Origin: Anthoceros angustus
Taxonomy: Eukaryota; Plantae; Anthocerotophyta
Assembly: GCA_010909165.1 (NCBI GenBank)
Contig: MU008164.1
Location: forward strand, 1,612,001-1,676,000
Reading direction: 5' to 3'
Length of the DNA stretch: 64,000 bases
Shown here: piece after piece, positions 25,044 to 36,652 of the stretch
How the letters are laid out: the number at the start of each line of letters is the position of its first letter
Position numbering within the stretch: the stretch's first letter is position 1
The notes under the pieces: model-generated
What the model saw: only the letters and a program-made list of their open reading frames with translations
What the model was told of the DNA's origin: nothing
Database searches by the model: none
Program-made: the position numbers and the translations under genes

Positions 25044-25655
25044 ATGAAATCTAATTCTCATCGCTCTAGTAAGCTCCTCAAGAGGAAGAGGGTTGAGTCA
25101 GCTCACACTATGGCACGTGATGAAGAACCTTCACCAAATGCTGCAAGACACACAAGTGACATGCAACCTAATTTGAATGTCTTAGGGGCTACATCATCCC
25201 CTGTACATGTGGATGAAGCATTGAGTGATTCAGAGGGAACACTACATGATTTAATGATGGCAAATCGTGCCAAAATGAAGAGAAAAGAACGACAAGCACA
25301 AGCTGAACAATTAACACCAATTCTCTTGGAGGTTGACCTAAGCTTTAAATCTAATTATGAACCGAAAAAGGAGCATGTTCAAGAGAGTGCACGAATTCAA
25401 CAAGACCTTTTTTGCTCGAAGGGGACTACATCAAAGGTAGCTACTATTGTGGAAGTAGCTGGCGGTGTTAACCTTATCGAGACAGAAATCGAAGACAAAG
25501 AAATCAAAGAGGAAAAAATCGAAGAGACAGAAATCGAAAAGCCCAAGGTGAAGTCCCCAAAGAAAAAACGAAACCAACCCACTAAGGGCCAAAAGTTGCT
25601 GCGGAAGCTCAGAGAGCAAGCTAGGATGGAATGTGCATATAGAAATCGAAAGTAG
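25044..25655 (+). CDS. Hypothetical 203-aa charged protein, probably TE-associated
   Basis: Uninterrupted ATG-TAG ORF in AT-rich context with basic NLS-like patches and ETEIE repeats. No recognisable domain. Confidence 0.4.
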   Translation: MKSNSHRSSKLLKRKRVESAHTMARDEEPSPNAARHTSDMQPNLNVLGATSSPVHVDEALSDSEGTLHDLMMANRAKMKRKERQAQAEQLTPILLEVDLSFKSNYEPKKEHVQESARIQQDLFCSKGTTSKVATIVEVAGGVNLIETEIEDKEIKEEKIEETEIEKPKVKSPKKKRNQPTKGQKLLRKLREQARMECAYRNRK

Positions 25656-26707
25656 TTCATGGCTTCGAGAATCATTAGAATCTTTCCAGAGTTTGTCTGC
25701 TTAGCCTTGTTACAAAATCTTAGGGAGTGTGATCAGCATTAGAAGTCCCTTCGAGTACTTAAGTGATGTACAATCCTCATCTTTAAAGTTTGTTGTTTGT
25801 ACATGATATAATGTTGCGAGTGAACCCACTTGTTTCTTACGTGGAATAACTTCGATACTAAGGAAAAGGAATATGAAGAGAAATGGGCTAAATACCCAAC
25901 CTACATCTCGCGAAGTCTTATATAACCTCTAAGCAAAGACAAACACAAAGCCCTTAATCAGCACAACGAGAATAAAAATTCTAACTGTAAGTGTTGAAAA
26001 GTCAAGCCCTATAGAAACACGTGCCACATCAACGAGTGAACCAACATTCAGCAAATAAAAACTTCAAATAATACCTTTCACCTACGCAAAGGAAGTCGGT
26101 GAGCTCGTTCGTTGATGCATACATTGTGTAAAATCTCATCAAATGTAGGGGGCGCTACTTCTTCAGCACCAGAGGTAGGTAGCTGTTTTCTTATCCCGGA
26201 CCTTGACATGCTTGGGGTAGTACGTAGTTTCAAGATGGGTGATAGCGAGGGCTAGTCCCGCTTGGCCTTGTGCCCTCCTGAGGGTTGTTCGCTTAGTCTC
26301 GAAGAAGATGGGATTTCCGATCTCTTTTTTATATAAAGTCTTCACGTTTTTATAAAATCACATTCATAACATGGATCTCATTTGTCATATTTTTTTTGCA
26401 TGTAGAGTAAATATTTCAGCATGTTTAATATGTTGTTATCTTAAAAACCCAAAACCCTAAATTAATGTTAAAATATTTTATAGATATAAATATTTTTAAT
26501 ACAAAATTATAGAATAATATCATAGTGAGATAAAACATGTATGGCTCCCTGAAACCATGTACAAAAAATTACATGCGTGAGAGAAGTCAATGGGCTGCAC
26601 ATGTCTGTAGGAGGCGGAAGTATTGGACAGAGTCCGCATTCTTAAATAGTAAAATTTGAAGGAGATGCTATGTCTGCATTCTTAAATAATATAATTTGAA
26701 GGAGATG

Positions 26708-28465
26708 CTATGTCCCAGCCGGGCCTCGAGTGGCAACAGGGGGACCATAGGAGAATCTCCACTGGCCACAGGCCTCACAAGTGTCTAGCAGCACTGTGTT
26801 TTCCAGAGTGCACTGTCTGCAGGTCCAGGTTTTCAAGGACTTGGAGGCATTTGTGAGTGGAGGAATGGTTGGAGCGGTTGAGGTGGTGTGGGTTTCAAGC
26901 TTCTCCTTGGCTGCACTGCAAGCTGCACAGTTGGTTAATAGGACTGGATTTTGGAGAGTGCAACGACTACACGTCCAGATTGTTTCACTGTCCTGCTGCT
27001 TTGATGTTCCACAAGCGCCACACAGAAGGGCAGTTGGCTGCAAAAACATAGACAGCAGTTTTTATGAGTGAGACATCCTTACAAGGAGGTGTTTGACTGC
27101 AGAGAAGTTAAAATTTCATGACTAAGATTGAAACTTACAGGGTTCAGGAGTGTGCATATCGAGCATTCCCACATGTCTAATGAGCGAGAGGTTGCCTGTG
27201 GATGAGCAGTTGGTGGTCTTTGTGACGGTGAGCTTCTACTGCTGGTTCCTTGCCCAAGACTTTGCTGTGCATGAGAGCTTGATGCAGCATCACGTTCGAC
27301 CTCTTGCGCTGATGATGTCCCTTTCCCTTTACTATTGGGAGCCTGGGCATTCCCTAGGGTTCCTACAGCTCTGCCATTTTGCTCCCCTATCGAAGGGCTG
27401 TCCATCAATTCCTGTGCCTTCTGTAGGCCATCTGGTCCTGAGGTTGAAGGTGCTCCACACCAGATATCATCTCTGAGCCGCCGTTCAGCTGCCATAGCTG
27501 CTGCTTGTACTGGACTCAGATCCCTCATGATGCTGCTGTTCCCTCCTAGCCGGCGAGGTCCTGATGGCATCAGTGCACTTGTCCGTGCTCGCTTCTCAGC
27601 AGCAGCCAGAGCTGCTTGGCGAAGTCCAGTTGGGGGTGGGTTGTGACGAAAGCCTCCCAGACGTTGGCCTTTGGCGTCGAATCCTGCACCTGTTCCACCA
27701 GTGCCTTTGGCCATGAGCTCCTCACATTCCTGCAAACAGCAAGAGGAAGAATCAGAGACATGAATGTGCCAGCAGTCAGTCGAAGACAAGCTGCTTGGTT
27801 CCTGCTTTCTTGTTCCAAAACCCTGCAACATGAGTACCTACCGAAGTGATCTCATCAAGGAGCTTGTAGAATTTGGTATCATGAGGGCCACACTCAATGT
27901 GTGTGAGCTCATGCAGCAAAGTGCCTAACACAGACTCGTAGGATAAAAACTCCGACTCTGGCCCGTGCCGTCTAAGTCTAACCATAATCTTCTGCCCTCC
28001 GTTCACGTTCAGTCCCAGCAGCCCCCCATCTTTTGGACTGCAAGTATTCCAACAAACTCAAACGTGAGAGGAAGCAGTAAGGCCACCATCAGGTGCTGGA
28101 CATCACAGATCTCACCACAATCATTTTCACATAACGTTCCTGGTGGCTTTTGTTTCAGACACATCCGCATTGCAGACAACTGACCAGGAAATCCAGGGTG
28201 ATACGGAGAAAGAGAAGACTCCAGGACTAAGTTGGGTTTCCCTACCATGGTTCCCACCTGAAAGCTTTACACCCAAAATAATCAAGCACTTCCCCTTCTA
28301 CTCACCAGAATTCACATAGCAAGGGAACCTGCCACTTGCGCTTTCTCATGATGGGCTCGACCTGCCATGCCGCATCCTGCAACATCTTTTGGCATCAGCA
28401 TCTCGCTCCCCTCCAAGGGTTTTGATCTCCCATATCTTGTACAAGGCGACCTCAGCAACAACCAT
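26708..28465 (-). CDS. WSS1A: WSS1A-type DNA-dependent metalloprotease: WLM domain + RanBP2 zinc fingers (exons 28465-28306, 28037-27842, 27729-27139, 27037-26708)
   Basis: HExxH motif in LLHELTHIECGPHDTKFYKL, plus ECEELMAKG, SPVQAAAMAAERRLRDDIWCG, three W-x-C-x2-CT-x2-N zinc fingers and a GQWRFSYGPP end. A 1-nt T-run deletion at ~28390 shifts the frame here but is absent in the copy at 30610. Confidence 0.92.
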
Positions 28466-28796
28466 GATTCCAACAATCAGTCCCTGGAGACAACTCAAAG
28501 CTCTCCCGCTCGGACTTCTTCAAAACTGTGTCGCTCCTGATCTTCTATGCACATATGTACGAGACACATACAGGGTTCAGGAGTGTGCATATCGAGCATT
28601 CCCACATGTCTAATGAGCGAGAGGTTGCCTGTGGATGAGCAGTTGGTGGTCTTTGTGACGGTGAGCTTCTACTGCTGGTTCCTTGCCCAAGACTTTGCTG
28701 TGCATGAGAGCTTGATGCAGCATCACGTTCGACCTCTTGCGCTGATGATGTCCCTTTACTATTGGGAGCCTGGGCATTCCCTAGGGTTCCTACAGC

Positions 28797-29941
28797 TCTG
28801 TGGGAGAACGTCTGCAAGACCGTATGAATGAGACCAAAGTAGCTGCCCAGCTGGATGCAGCAAGGAGTGAGGCTGCAGAAGGCAAGCCCGAGAGGACAGG
28901 TGGGCAGCATAGCATTATACTCCTTTCCACCATTCAAGTATTGAGGTTTATATTCAGCAAAATGCCTCTCCTCCTTTGCTCTTGTCGTTGTCGATGATCA
29001 GTCTCTTGAACTCCATTTGACACGTTCCCATGTTGCAGCCCTTGGTATGGTGTAAGGAGACCACGCTGGCTGGGACCCATTTCTTCGACTATCCCAAGCA
29101 CTTGAAGGCGAAGCTCCAGCTGACTACGGGTTTGATCTTCTGGGTCTAGGAGAGGATCCGAAGAAATTCGATGTGTATTTCAAGTAAGCATGCCACGTCC
29201 ATGTGTAGATGGTTTGTGGCTTGCGCACTATTCGGCTGTTCCATCTTCTCATAGTGGCATCTGCTGCAGCCCCTCACACTTTGGGATCTGGTTTGTTCAG
29301 CTTTGAGGTGCTGCATGCACGATGGGCCATGTTAGCAGCTCTGGGTGTAGTGATACCTGAAATACTCGACCGTTTTGTGGAGTGTCTTTTCAGAGCCTGT
29401 ATGGTGGCGCGTTGGGTACTCTAAGCTTCAGGCAAGGCAGCACAAAGCTAGGCTGCATTCTAGGTGTTTAGCTCAGCAATATGACGTTTGTCCTGACCGA
29501 TGGCCACACCTTATCACCTCCCTTTAGCCAAGCAACGCCAATTTGATCTGTATCTGACCAGCTTGCGATGTCGTGTCGTTTCAGGGAGATACTCTGGACT
29601 ATCTTGGCATACCAGGCCTCCACATTGCCGGGGCCCAAGGCGTCCTTGTCATCGGCATCTGCCAGGTCCTCCTGATGGTACGTAAGAAGTAGGTTTGGTG
29701 TCATCTGTAGAGGAACTGGTCACATTAGAGAACACCATCTGATTGACCTCCATTCCTCCAGGTTGGCCCTGAATATGCCAGATATTGCGGCATCGAGGCT
29801 CTGGAGCCTCTGGGAATATACCTCCCAGGTGACATCAACTACCCAGGCGGCTGGCTGTTCGATCCTCTGGGTCTGTCCAGGGACCCAGCCACATTCCAGG
29901 AGCTCAAAGTGAAGGAGATGAAGAATGGACGATTGGCCATG
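28797..29941 (+). pseudogene. LHCB7: Partial Lhcb7 copy (from mid exon 3 to mid last exon)
   Basis: Bounded by mosaic junctions ACAGCTCTG (5') and TTGGCCATG (3') that are shared with WSS1A sequence. Confidence 0.8.
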
Positions 29942-30691
29942 AGCTCCTCACATTCCTGCAAACAGCAAGAGGAAGAATCAGAGACATGAATGTGCCAGCA
30001 GTCAGTCGAAGACAAGCTGCTTGGTTCCTGCTTTCTTGTTCCAAAACCCTGCAACATGAGTACCTACCGAAGTGATCTCATCAAGGAGCTTGTAGAATTT
30101 GGTATCATGAGGGCCACACTCAATGTGTGTGAGCTCATGCAGCAAAGTGCCTAACACAGACTCGTAGGATAAAAACTCCGACTCTGGCCCGTGCCGTCTA
30201 AGTCTAACCATAATCTTCTGCCCTCCGTTCACGTTCAGTCCCAGCAGCCCCCCATCTTTTGGACTGCAAGTATTCCAACAAACTCAAACGTGAGAGGAAG
30301 CAGTAAGGCCACCATCAGGTGCTGGACATCACAGATCTCACCACAATCATTTTCACATAACGTTCCTGGTGGCTTTTGTTTCAGACACATCCGCATTGCA
30401 GACAACTGACCAGGAAATCCAGGGTGATACGGAGAAAGAGAAGACTCCAGGACTAAGTTGGGTTTCCTACCATGGTTCCCACCTGAAAGCTTTACACCCA
30501 AAATAATCAAGCACTTCCCCTTCTACTCACCAGAATTCACATAGCAAGGGAACCTGCCACTTGCGCTTTCTCATGATGGGCTCGACCTGCCATGCCGCAT
30601 CCTGCAACATCTTTTTGGCATCAGCATCTCGCTCCCCTCCAAGGGTTTTGATCTCCCATATCTTGTACAAGGCGACCTCAGCAACAACCAT
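29932..30691 (-). pseudogene. WSS1A: Partial WSS1A copy (exons 1-2 and start of exon 3); a further exon-1 copy lies at 32570-32927 and an exon-3 fragment at 28572-28798
   Basis: Near-identical to 27710-28465, with exon 1 frame intact here (MVVAEVALYKIWEIKTLGGERDADAKKMLQDAAWQVEPIMRKRKW). Confidence 0.8.
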
Positions 30692-31130
30692 GATTCCAAC
30701 AATCAGTCCCTGGAGACAACTCAAAGCTCTCCCGCTCGGACTTCTTCAAAACTGTGTCGCTCCTGATCTTCTATGCACATATGTACGAGACACATACATC
30801 CGTAAACTTGTGCTACATTCCTTTCAGGCAACTTCTGGGCGGATGCCGTTGTTTATAATCGGAAAATTCGTATGCTCCTTCCTCTCCGTTTGCGGGGGAA
30901 ACAAGTCTTCGGCCAAACGTCTTCCACTTTCCAACTCTTCGATTCCGGCTCTGCTACATGGACACTGCTGATGTTTCACCCCTCCGCACCTCGCTTCCAT
31001 GACGACTGCTACTTTCAACTTTTCTCTGGGTGGGATTCCTTCTCATGCAACCCTCCGTCATGATCAAGTTGCCTCAACTTTGATCATAAGATCATAACCG
31101 GTCCAGGCTGTTAGTTCCCGTCCAAGAGAA

Positions 31131-32570
31131 ATGGCAGCTGGGTTGTGTGTCGCGCCTCTGGGAACCAGCCATCTGCATGTAAGTGCGACCTTTTGCGGCT
31201 TGTTCGGGACAAGAAGGATTTGTGGGTTTCGTTGGGTGCCACATTGCTATCTCGTAATCTGTGTCTGCTAACCTTCAGAACGTGCTTGTCCTCAGAACCA
31301 CTGGACCGGGCAGCAGATCCGAGTTAGAAGATCATCCTCTAGCCATCCACGTCATGCTCGAACATCTGGCGTGGTACCATGCAAAGCAGCTTGGCAAGAG
31401 GTATGTTACGAATGTTGAACCTTTTTCCGCCCTGTTAGAAGCAAGGATAGGGGCAGCTGCAAAGCTTTTGACATCCTTGAGGTACCATCGTCTGATTGGC
31501 ATGGAGCAAACTTATTGAACTGAAGTGGATCGTGAATTCTGTGGACTAGCTAGCTGGGGTTTTATTGTTCTCTGCTCTACCTTTCACGGTGGTGAAGGCC
31601 ATTGCCAACAGCTCTGTGGGAGAACGTCTGCAAGACCGTATGAATGAGACCAAAGTAGCTGCCCAGCTGGATGCAGCAAGGAGTGAGGCTGCAGAAAGGC
31701 AAGCCTGAGAGGACAGGTGGGCAGCATAGCATTATACTCCTTTCCACCATTCAAGTATTGAGGTTTATATTCAGCAAAATGCCTCTCCTCCTTTGCTCTT
31801 GTCGTTGTCGATGATCAGTCTCTTGAACTCCATTTGACACGTTCCCATGTTGCAGCCCTTGGTATGGTGTAAGGAGACCACGCTGGCTGGGACCCATTTC
31901 TTCGACTATCCCAAGCACTTGAAGGGCGAAGCTCCAGCTGACTACGGGTTTGATCTTCTGGGTCTAGGAGAGGATCCGAAGAAATTCGATGTGTATTTCA
32001 AGTAAGCATGCCACGTCCATGTGTAGATGGTTTGTGGCTTGGCACGCACTATTCGGCTGTTCCATCTTCTCATAGTGGCATCTGCTGCAGCCCCTCACAC
32101 TTTGGGATCTGGTTTGTTCAGCTTTGAGGTGCTGCATGCACGATGGGCCATGTTAGCAGCTCTGGGTGTAGTGATACCTGAAATACTCGACCGTTTTTGT
32201 GGAGTGTCTTTTCAGAGCCTGTATGGTGGCGCGTTGGGTACTCTAAGCTTCAGGCAAGGCAGCACAAAGCTAGGCTGCATTCTAGGTGTTTAGCTCAGCA
32301 ATATGACGTTTGTCCTGACCGATGGCCACACCTTATCACCTCCCTTTAGCCAAGCAACGCCAATTTGATCTGTATCTGACCAGCTTGCGATGTCGTGTCG
32401 TTTCAGGGAGATACTCTGGACTATCTTGGCATACCAGGCCTCCACATTGCCGGGGCCCAAGGCGTCCTTGTCATCGGCATCTGCCAGGTCCTCCTGATGG
32501 TACGTAAGAAGTAGGTTTGGTGTCATCTGTAGAGGAACTGGTCACATTAGAGAACACCATCTGATTGACC
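31131..32570 (+). pseudogene. LHCB7: Lhcb7 copy lacking the last exon
   Basis: ATG 31131. Exons 31131-31178, 31296-31400, 31550-31716 and following. In-frame TGA at 31706. Jumps into WSS1A intron sequence at ~32570. Confidence 0.8.
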
Positions 32571-33364
32571 TCACAGATCTCACCACAATCATTTTCACAT
32601 AACGTTCCTGGTGGCTTTTGTTTCAGACACATCCGCATTGCAGACAACTGACCAGGAAATCCAGGGTGATACGGAGAAAGAGAAGACTCCAGGACTAAGT
32701 TGGGTTTCCTACCATGGTTCCCACCTGAAAGCTTTACACCCAAAATAATCAAGCACTTCCTTCTACTCACCAGAATTCACATAGCAAGGGAACCTGCCAC
32801 TTGCGCTTTCTCATGATGGGCTCGACCTGCCATGCCGCATCCTGCAACATCTTTTGGCATCAGCATCTCGCTCCCTCAAGGGTTTGATCTCCCATATCTT
32901 GTACAAGGCGACCTCAGCAACAACCATGATTCCAACAATCAGTCCCTGGAGACAACTCAAAGCTCTCCCGCTCGGACTTCTTCAAAACTGTGTCGCTCCT
33001 GATCTTCTATGCACATATGTACGAGACACATACATCCGTAAACTTGTGCTACATTCCTTTCAGGCAACTTCTGGGCGGATGCCGTTGTTTATAATCGGAA
33101 AATTCGTATGCTCCTTCCTCTCCGTTTGCGGGGAAACAAGTCTTCGGCCAAACGTCTTCCACTTTCCAACTCTTCGATTCCGGCTCTGCTACATGGACAC
33201 TGCTGATGTTTCACCCTCCGCACCTCGCTTCCATGACGACTGCTACTTTCAACTTTTCTCTGGGTGGGATTCCTTCTCATGCAACCCTCCGTCATGATCA
33301 AGTTGCCTCAACTTTGATCATAAGATCATAACCGGTCCAGGCTGTTAGTTCCCGTCCAAGAGAA

Positions 33365-35118
33365 ATGGCAGCTGGGTTGTGTGTCGCGCCTCTGGGAACC
33401 AGCCATCTGCATGTAAGTGCGACCTTTGCGGCTTGTTCGGGACAAGAAGGATTTGTGGGTTTCGTTGGGTGCCACATTGCTATCTCGTAATCTGTGTCTG
33501 CTAACCTTCAGAACGTGCTTGTCCTCAGAACCACTGGACCGGGCAGCAGATCCGAGTTAGAAGATCATCCTCTAGCCATCCACGTCATGCTCGAACATCT
33601 GGCGTGGTACCATGCAAAGCAGCTTGGCAAGAGGTATGTTACGAATGTTGAACCTTTTTCCGCCCTGTTAGAAGCAAGGATAGGGGCAGCTGCAAAGCTT
33701 TTGACATCCTTGAGGTACCATCGTCTGATTGGCATGGAGCAAACTTATTGAACTGAAGTGGATCGTGAATTCTGTGGACTAGCTAGCTGGGGTTTTATTG
33801 TTCTCTGCTCTACCTTTCACGGTGGTGAAGGCCATTGCCAACAGCTCTGTGGGAGAACGTCTGCAAGACCGTATGAATGAGACCAAAGTAGCTGCCCAGC
33901 TGGATGCAGCAAGGAGTGAGGCTGCAGAAAGGCAAGCCTGAGAGGACAGGTGGGCAGCATAGCATTATACTCCTTTCCACCATTCAAGTATTGAGGTTTA
34001 TATTCAGCAAAATGCCTCTCCTCCTTTGCTCTTGTCGTTGTCGATGATCAGTCTCTTGAACTCCATTTGACACGTTCCCATGTTGCAGCCCTTGGTATGG
34101 TGTAAGGAGACCACGCTGGCTGGGACCCATTTCTTCGACTATCCCAAGCACTTGAAGGGCGAAGCTCCAGCTGACTACGGGTTTGATCTTCTGGGTCTAG
34201 GAGAGGATCCGAAGAAATTCGATGTGTATTTCAAGTAAGCATGCCACGTCCATGTGTAGATGGTTTGTGGCTTGGCACGCACTATTCGGCTGTTCCATCT
34301 TCTCATAGTGGCATCTGCTGCAGCCCCTCACACTTTGGGATCTGGTTTGTTCAGCTTTGAGGTGCTGCATGCACGATGGGCCATGTTAGCAGCTCTGGGT
34401 GTAGTGATACCTGAAATACTCGACCGTTTTTGTGGAGTGTCTTTTCAGAGCCTGTATGGTGGCGCGTTGGGTACTCTAAGCTTCAGGCAAGGCAGCACAA
34501 AGCTAGGCTGCATTCTAGGTGTTTAGCTCAGCAATATGACGTTTGTCCTGACCGATGGCCACACCTTATCACCTCCCTTTAGCCAAGCAACGCCAATTTG
34601 ATCTGTATCTGACCAGCTTGCGATGTCGTGTCGTTTCAGGAGATACTCTGGACTATCTTGGCATACCAGGCCTCCACATTGCCGGGGCCCAAGGCGTCCT
34701 TGTCATCGGCATCTGCCAGGTCCTCCTGATGGTACGTAAGAAGTAGGTTTGGTGTCATCTGTAGAGGAACTGGTCACATTAGAGAACACCATCTGATTGA
34801 CCTCCATTCCTCCAGGTTGGCCCTGAATATGCCAGATATTGCGGCATCGAGGCTCTGGAGCCTCTGGGAATATACCTCCCAGGTGACATCAACTACCCAG
34901 GCGGCTGGCTGTTCGATCCTCTGGGTCTGTCCAGGGACCCAGCCACATTCCAGGAGCTCAAAGTGAAGGAGATGAAGAATGGACGATTGGCCATGGTAGC
35001 ATGGCTGGGCTTCTACATACAAGCCCTGGTCACCAAAGAGGGCCCCGTGGAGAATCTTGTCAACTTCATTCAGGACCCGGAACACAACAACGTGCTAGCG
35101 TACACCAGCTGGTCCTAA
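33365..35118 (+). CDS. LHCB7: Light-harvesting chlorophyll a/b-binding protein Lhcb7, 7 exons; full-length copy with apparent frameshifts and an in-frame stop
   Basis: MAAGLCVAP transit peptide, then CKAAWQE|[50 protein letters not shown]|[19 protein letters not shown] and [30 protein letters not shown]...[16 protein letters not shown], all characteristic of Lhcb7. TAA at 35116-35118. Confidence 0.9.
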
Positions 35119-35199
35119 CAGTTCTCTGATTCGGTGAATCCTACATCATGCAGCGAAACGAACAGCGTGTGGCTGTTCTCTTGGACTGCATCATCAATG

Positions 35200-35760
35200 T
35201 GTCATAACAGGCTCTTGTGCAACACATTTTATCCGGCCTGACGGTGGGTTTGGCTGCCTTGCACTGTGCTGCCTTACCATTACCAGATATCATGGGCCTC
35301 CTTTACAGTCAGCAGAACCAAGCAAGCCCGACCTGGCATATGCTGCATCACCGACACACCACCAAACGCTTGTAGGGTGCATTACAGTAGCAATGCATCA
35401 ACCACTGCTCATCACTCGTGTACGACTGGCTTTTGGCTCGGCCCGCACGCGGGGCGGCATAAGCCCGGTTTTCAACATGGATTCCGAGGACTGCACGAAG
35501 CTGTACGATATCCCTATAAAATATGTTTGACACAAGCTCGATTTTGGAGAGGTGGGAGCGTAGTGGCCCTGAGATGGGTCATCCATGTGGTAAAGCACAT
35601 CAATGGCTGCACCTGCTATGGGTATTCGTAAGGACCAGGACCCGATTGCCCATCAAAAAGCGCTGTGGGAAAGCCAAATGTCAGGGAGGGCAAATAGGAA
35701 AGAAAATTGCACTAGGTACTGCCAGGACTGGGCAGAATAGAAGCAGCAAGTTGGAACTTG
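35200..35760 (-). pseudogene. Possible degenerate PPR remnant convergent with Lhcb7 (re-copied at ~36730-37320)
   Basis: AAIDVLYHM...SFVQSSESMLKTG and DAAYARSGLLGSA resemble PLS/E-class PPR motifs but are heavily disrupted. Confidence 0.35.
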
Positions 35761-35767
35761 AAGTTGA

Positions 35768-36652
35768 AGTAAGCATGCCACGTCCATGTGTAGATGGTTT
35801 GTGGCTTGGCACGCACTATTCGGCTGTTCCATCTTCTCATAGTGGCATCTGCTGCAGCCCCTCACACTTTGGGATCTGGTTTGTTCAGCTTTGAGGTGCT
35901 GCATGCACGATGGGCCATGTTAGCAGCTCTGGGTGTAGTGATACCTGAAATACTCGACCGTTTTTGTGGAGTGTCTTTTCAGAGCCTGTATGGTGGCGCG
36001 TTGGGTACTCTAAGCTTCAGGCAAGGCAGCACAAAGCTAGGCTGCATTCTAGGTGTTTAGCTCAGCAATATGACGTTTGTCCTGACCGATGGCCACACCT
36101 TATCACCTCCCTTTAGCCAAGCAACGCCAATTTGATCTGTATCTGACCAGCTTGCGATGTCGTGTCGTTTCAGGAGATACTCTGGACTATCTTGGCATAC
36201 CAGGCCTCCACATTGCCGGGGCCCAAGGCGTCCTTGTCATCGGCATCTGCCAGGTCCTCCTGATGGTACGTAAGAAGTAGGTTTGGTGTCATCTGTAGAG
36301 GAACTGGTCACATTAGAGAACACCATCTGATTGACCTCCATTCCTCCAGGTTGGCCCTGAATATGCCAGATATTGCGGCATCGAGGCTCTGGAGCCTCTG
36401 GGAATATACCTCCCAGGTGACATCAACTACCCAGGCGGCTGGCTGTTCGATCCTCTGGGTCTGTCCAGGGACCCAGCCACATTCCAGGAGCTCAAAGTGA
36501 AGGAGATGAAGAATGGACGATTGGCCATGGTAGCATGGCTGGGCTTCTACATACAAGCCCTGGTCACCAAAGAGGGCCCCGTGGAGAATCTTGTCAACTT
36601 CATTCAGGACCCGGAACACAACAACGTGCTAGCGTACACCAGCTGGTCCTAA
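35768..36652 (+). pseudogene. LHCB7: 3'-partial Lhcb7 copy (intron 4 to stop)
   Basis: Near-identical to 34235-35118. Confidence 0.8.
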
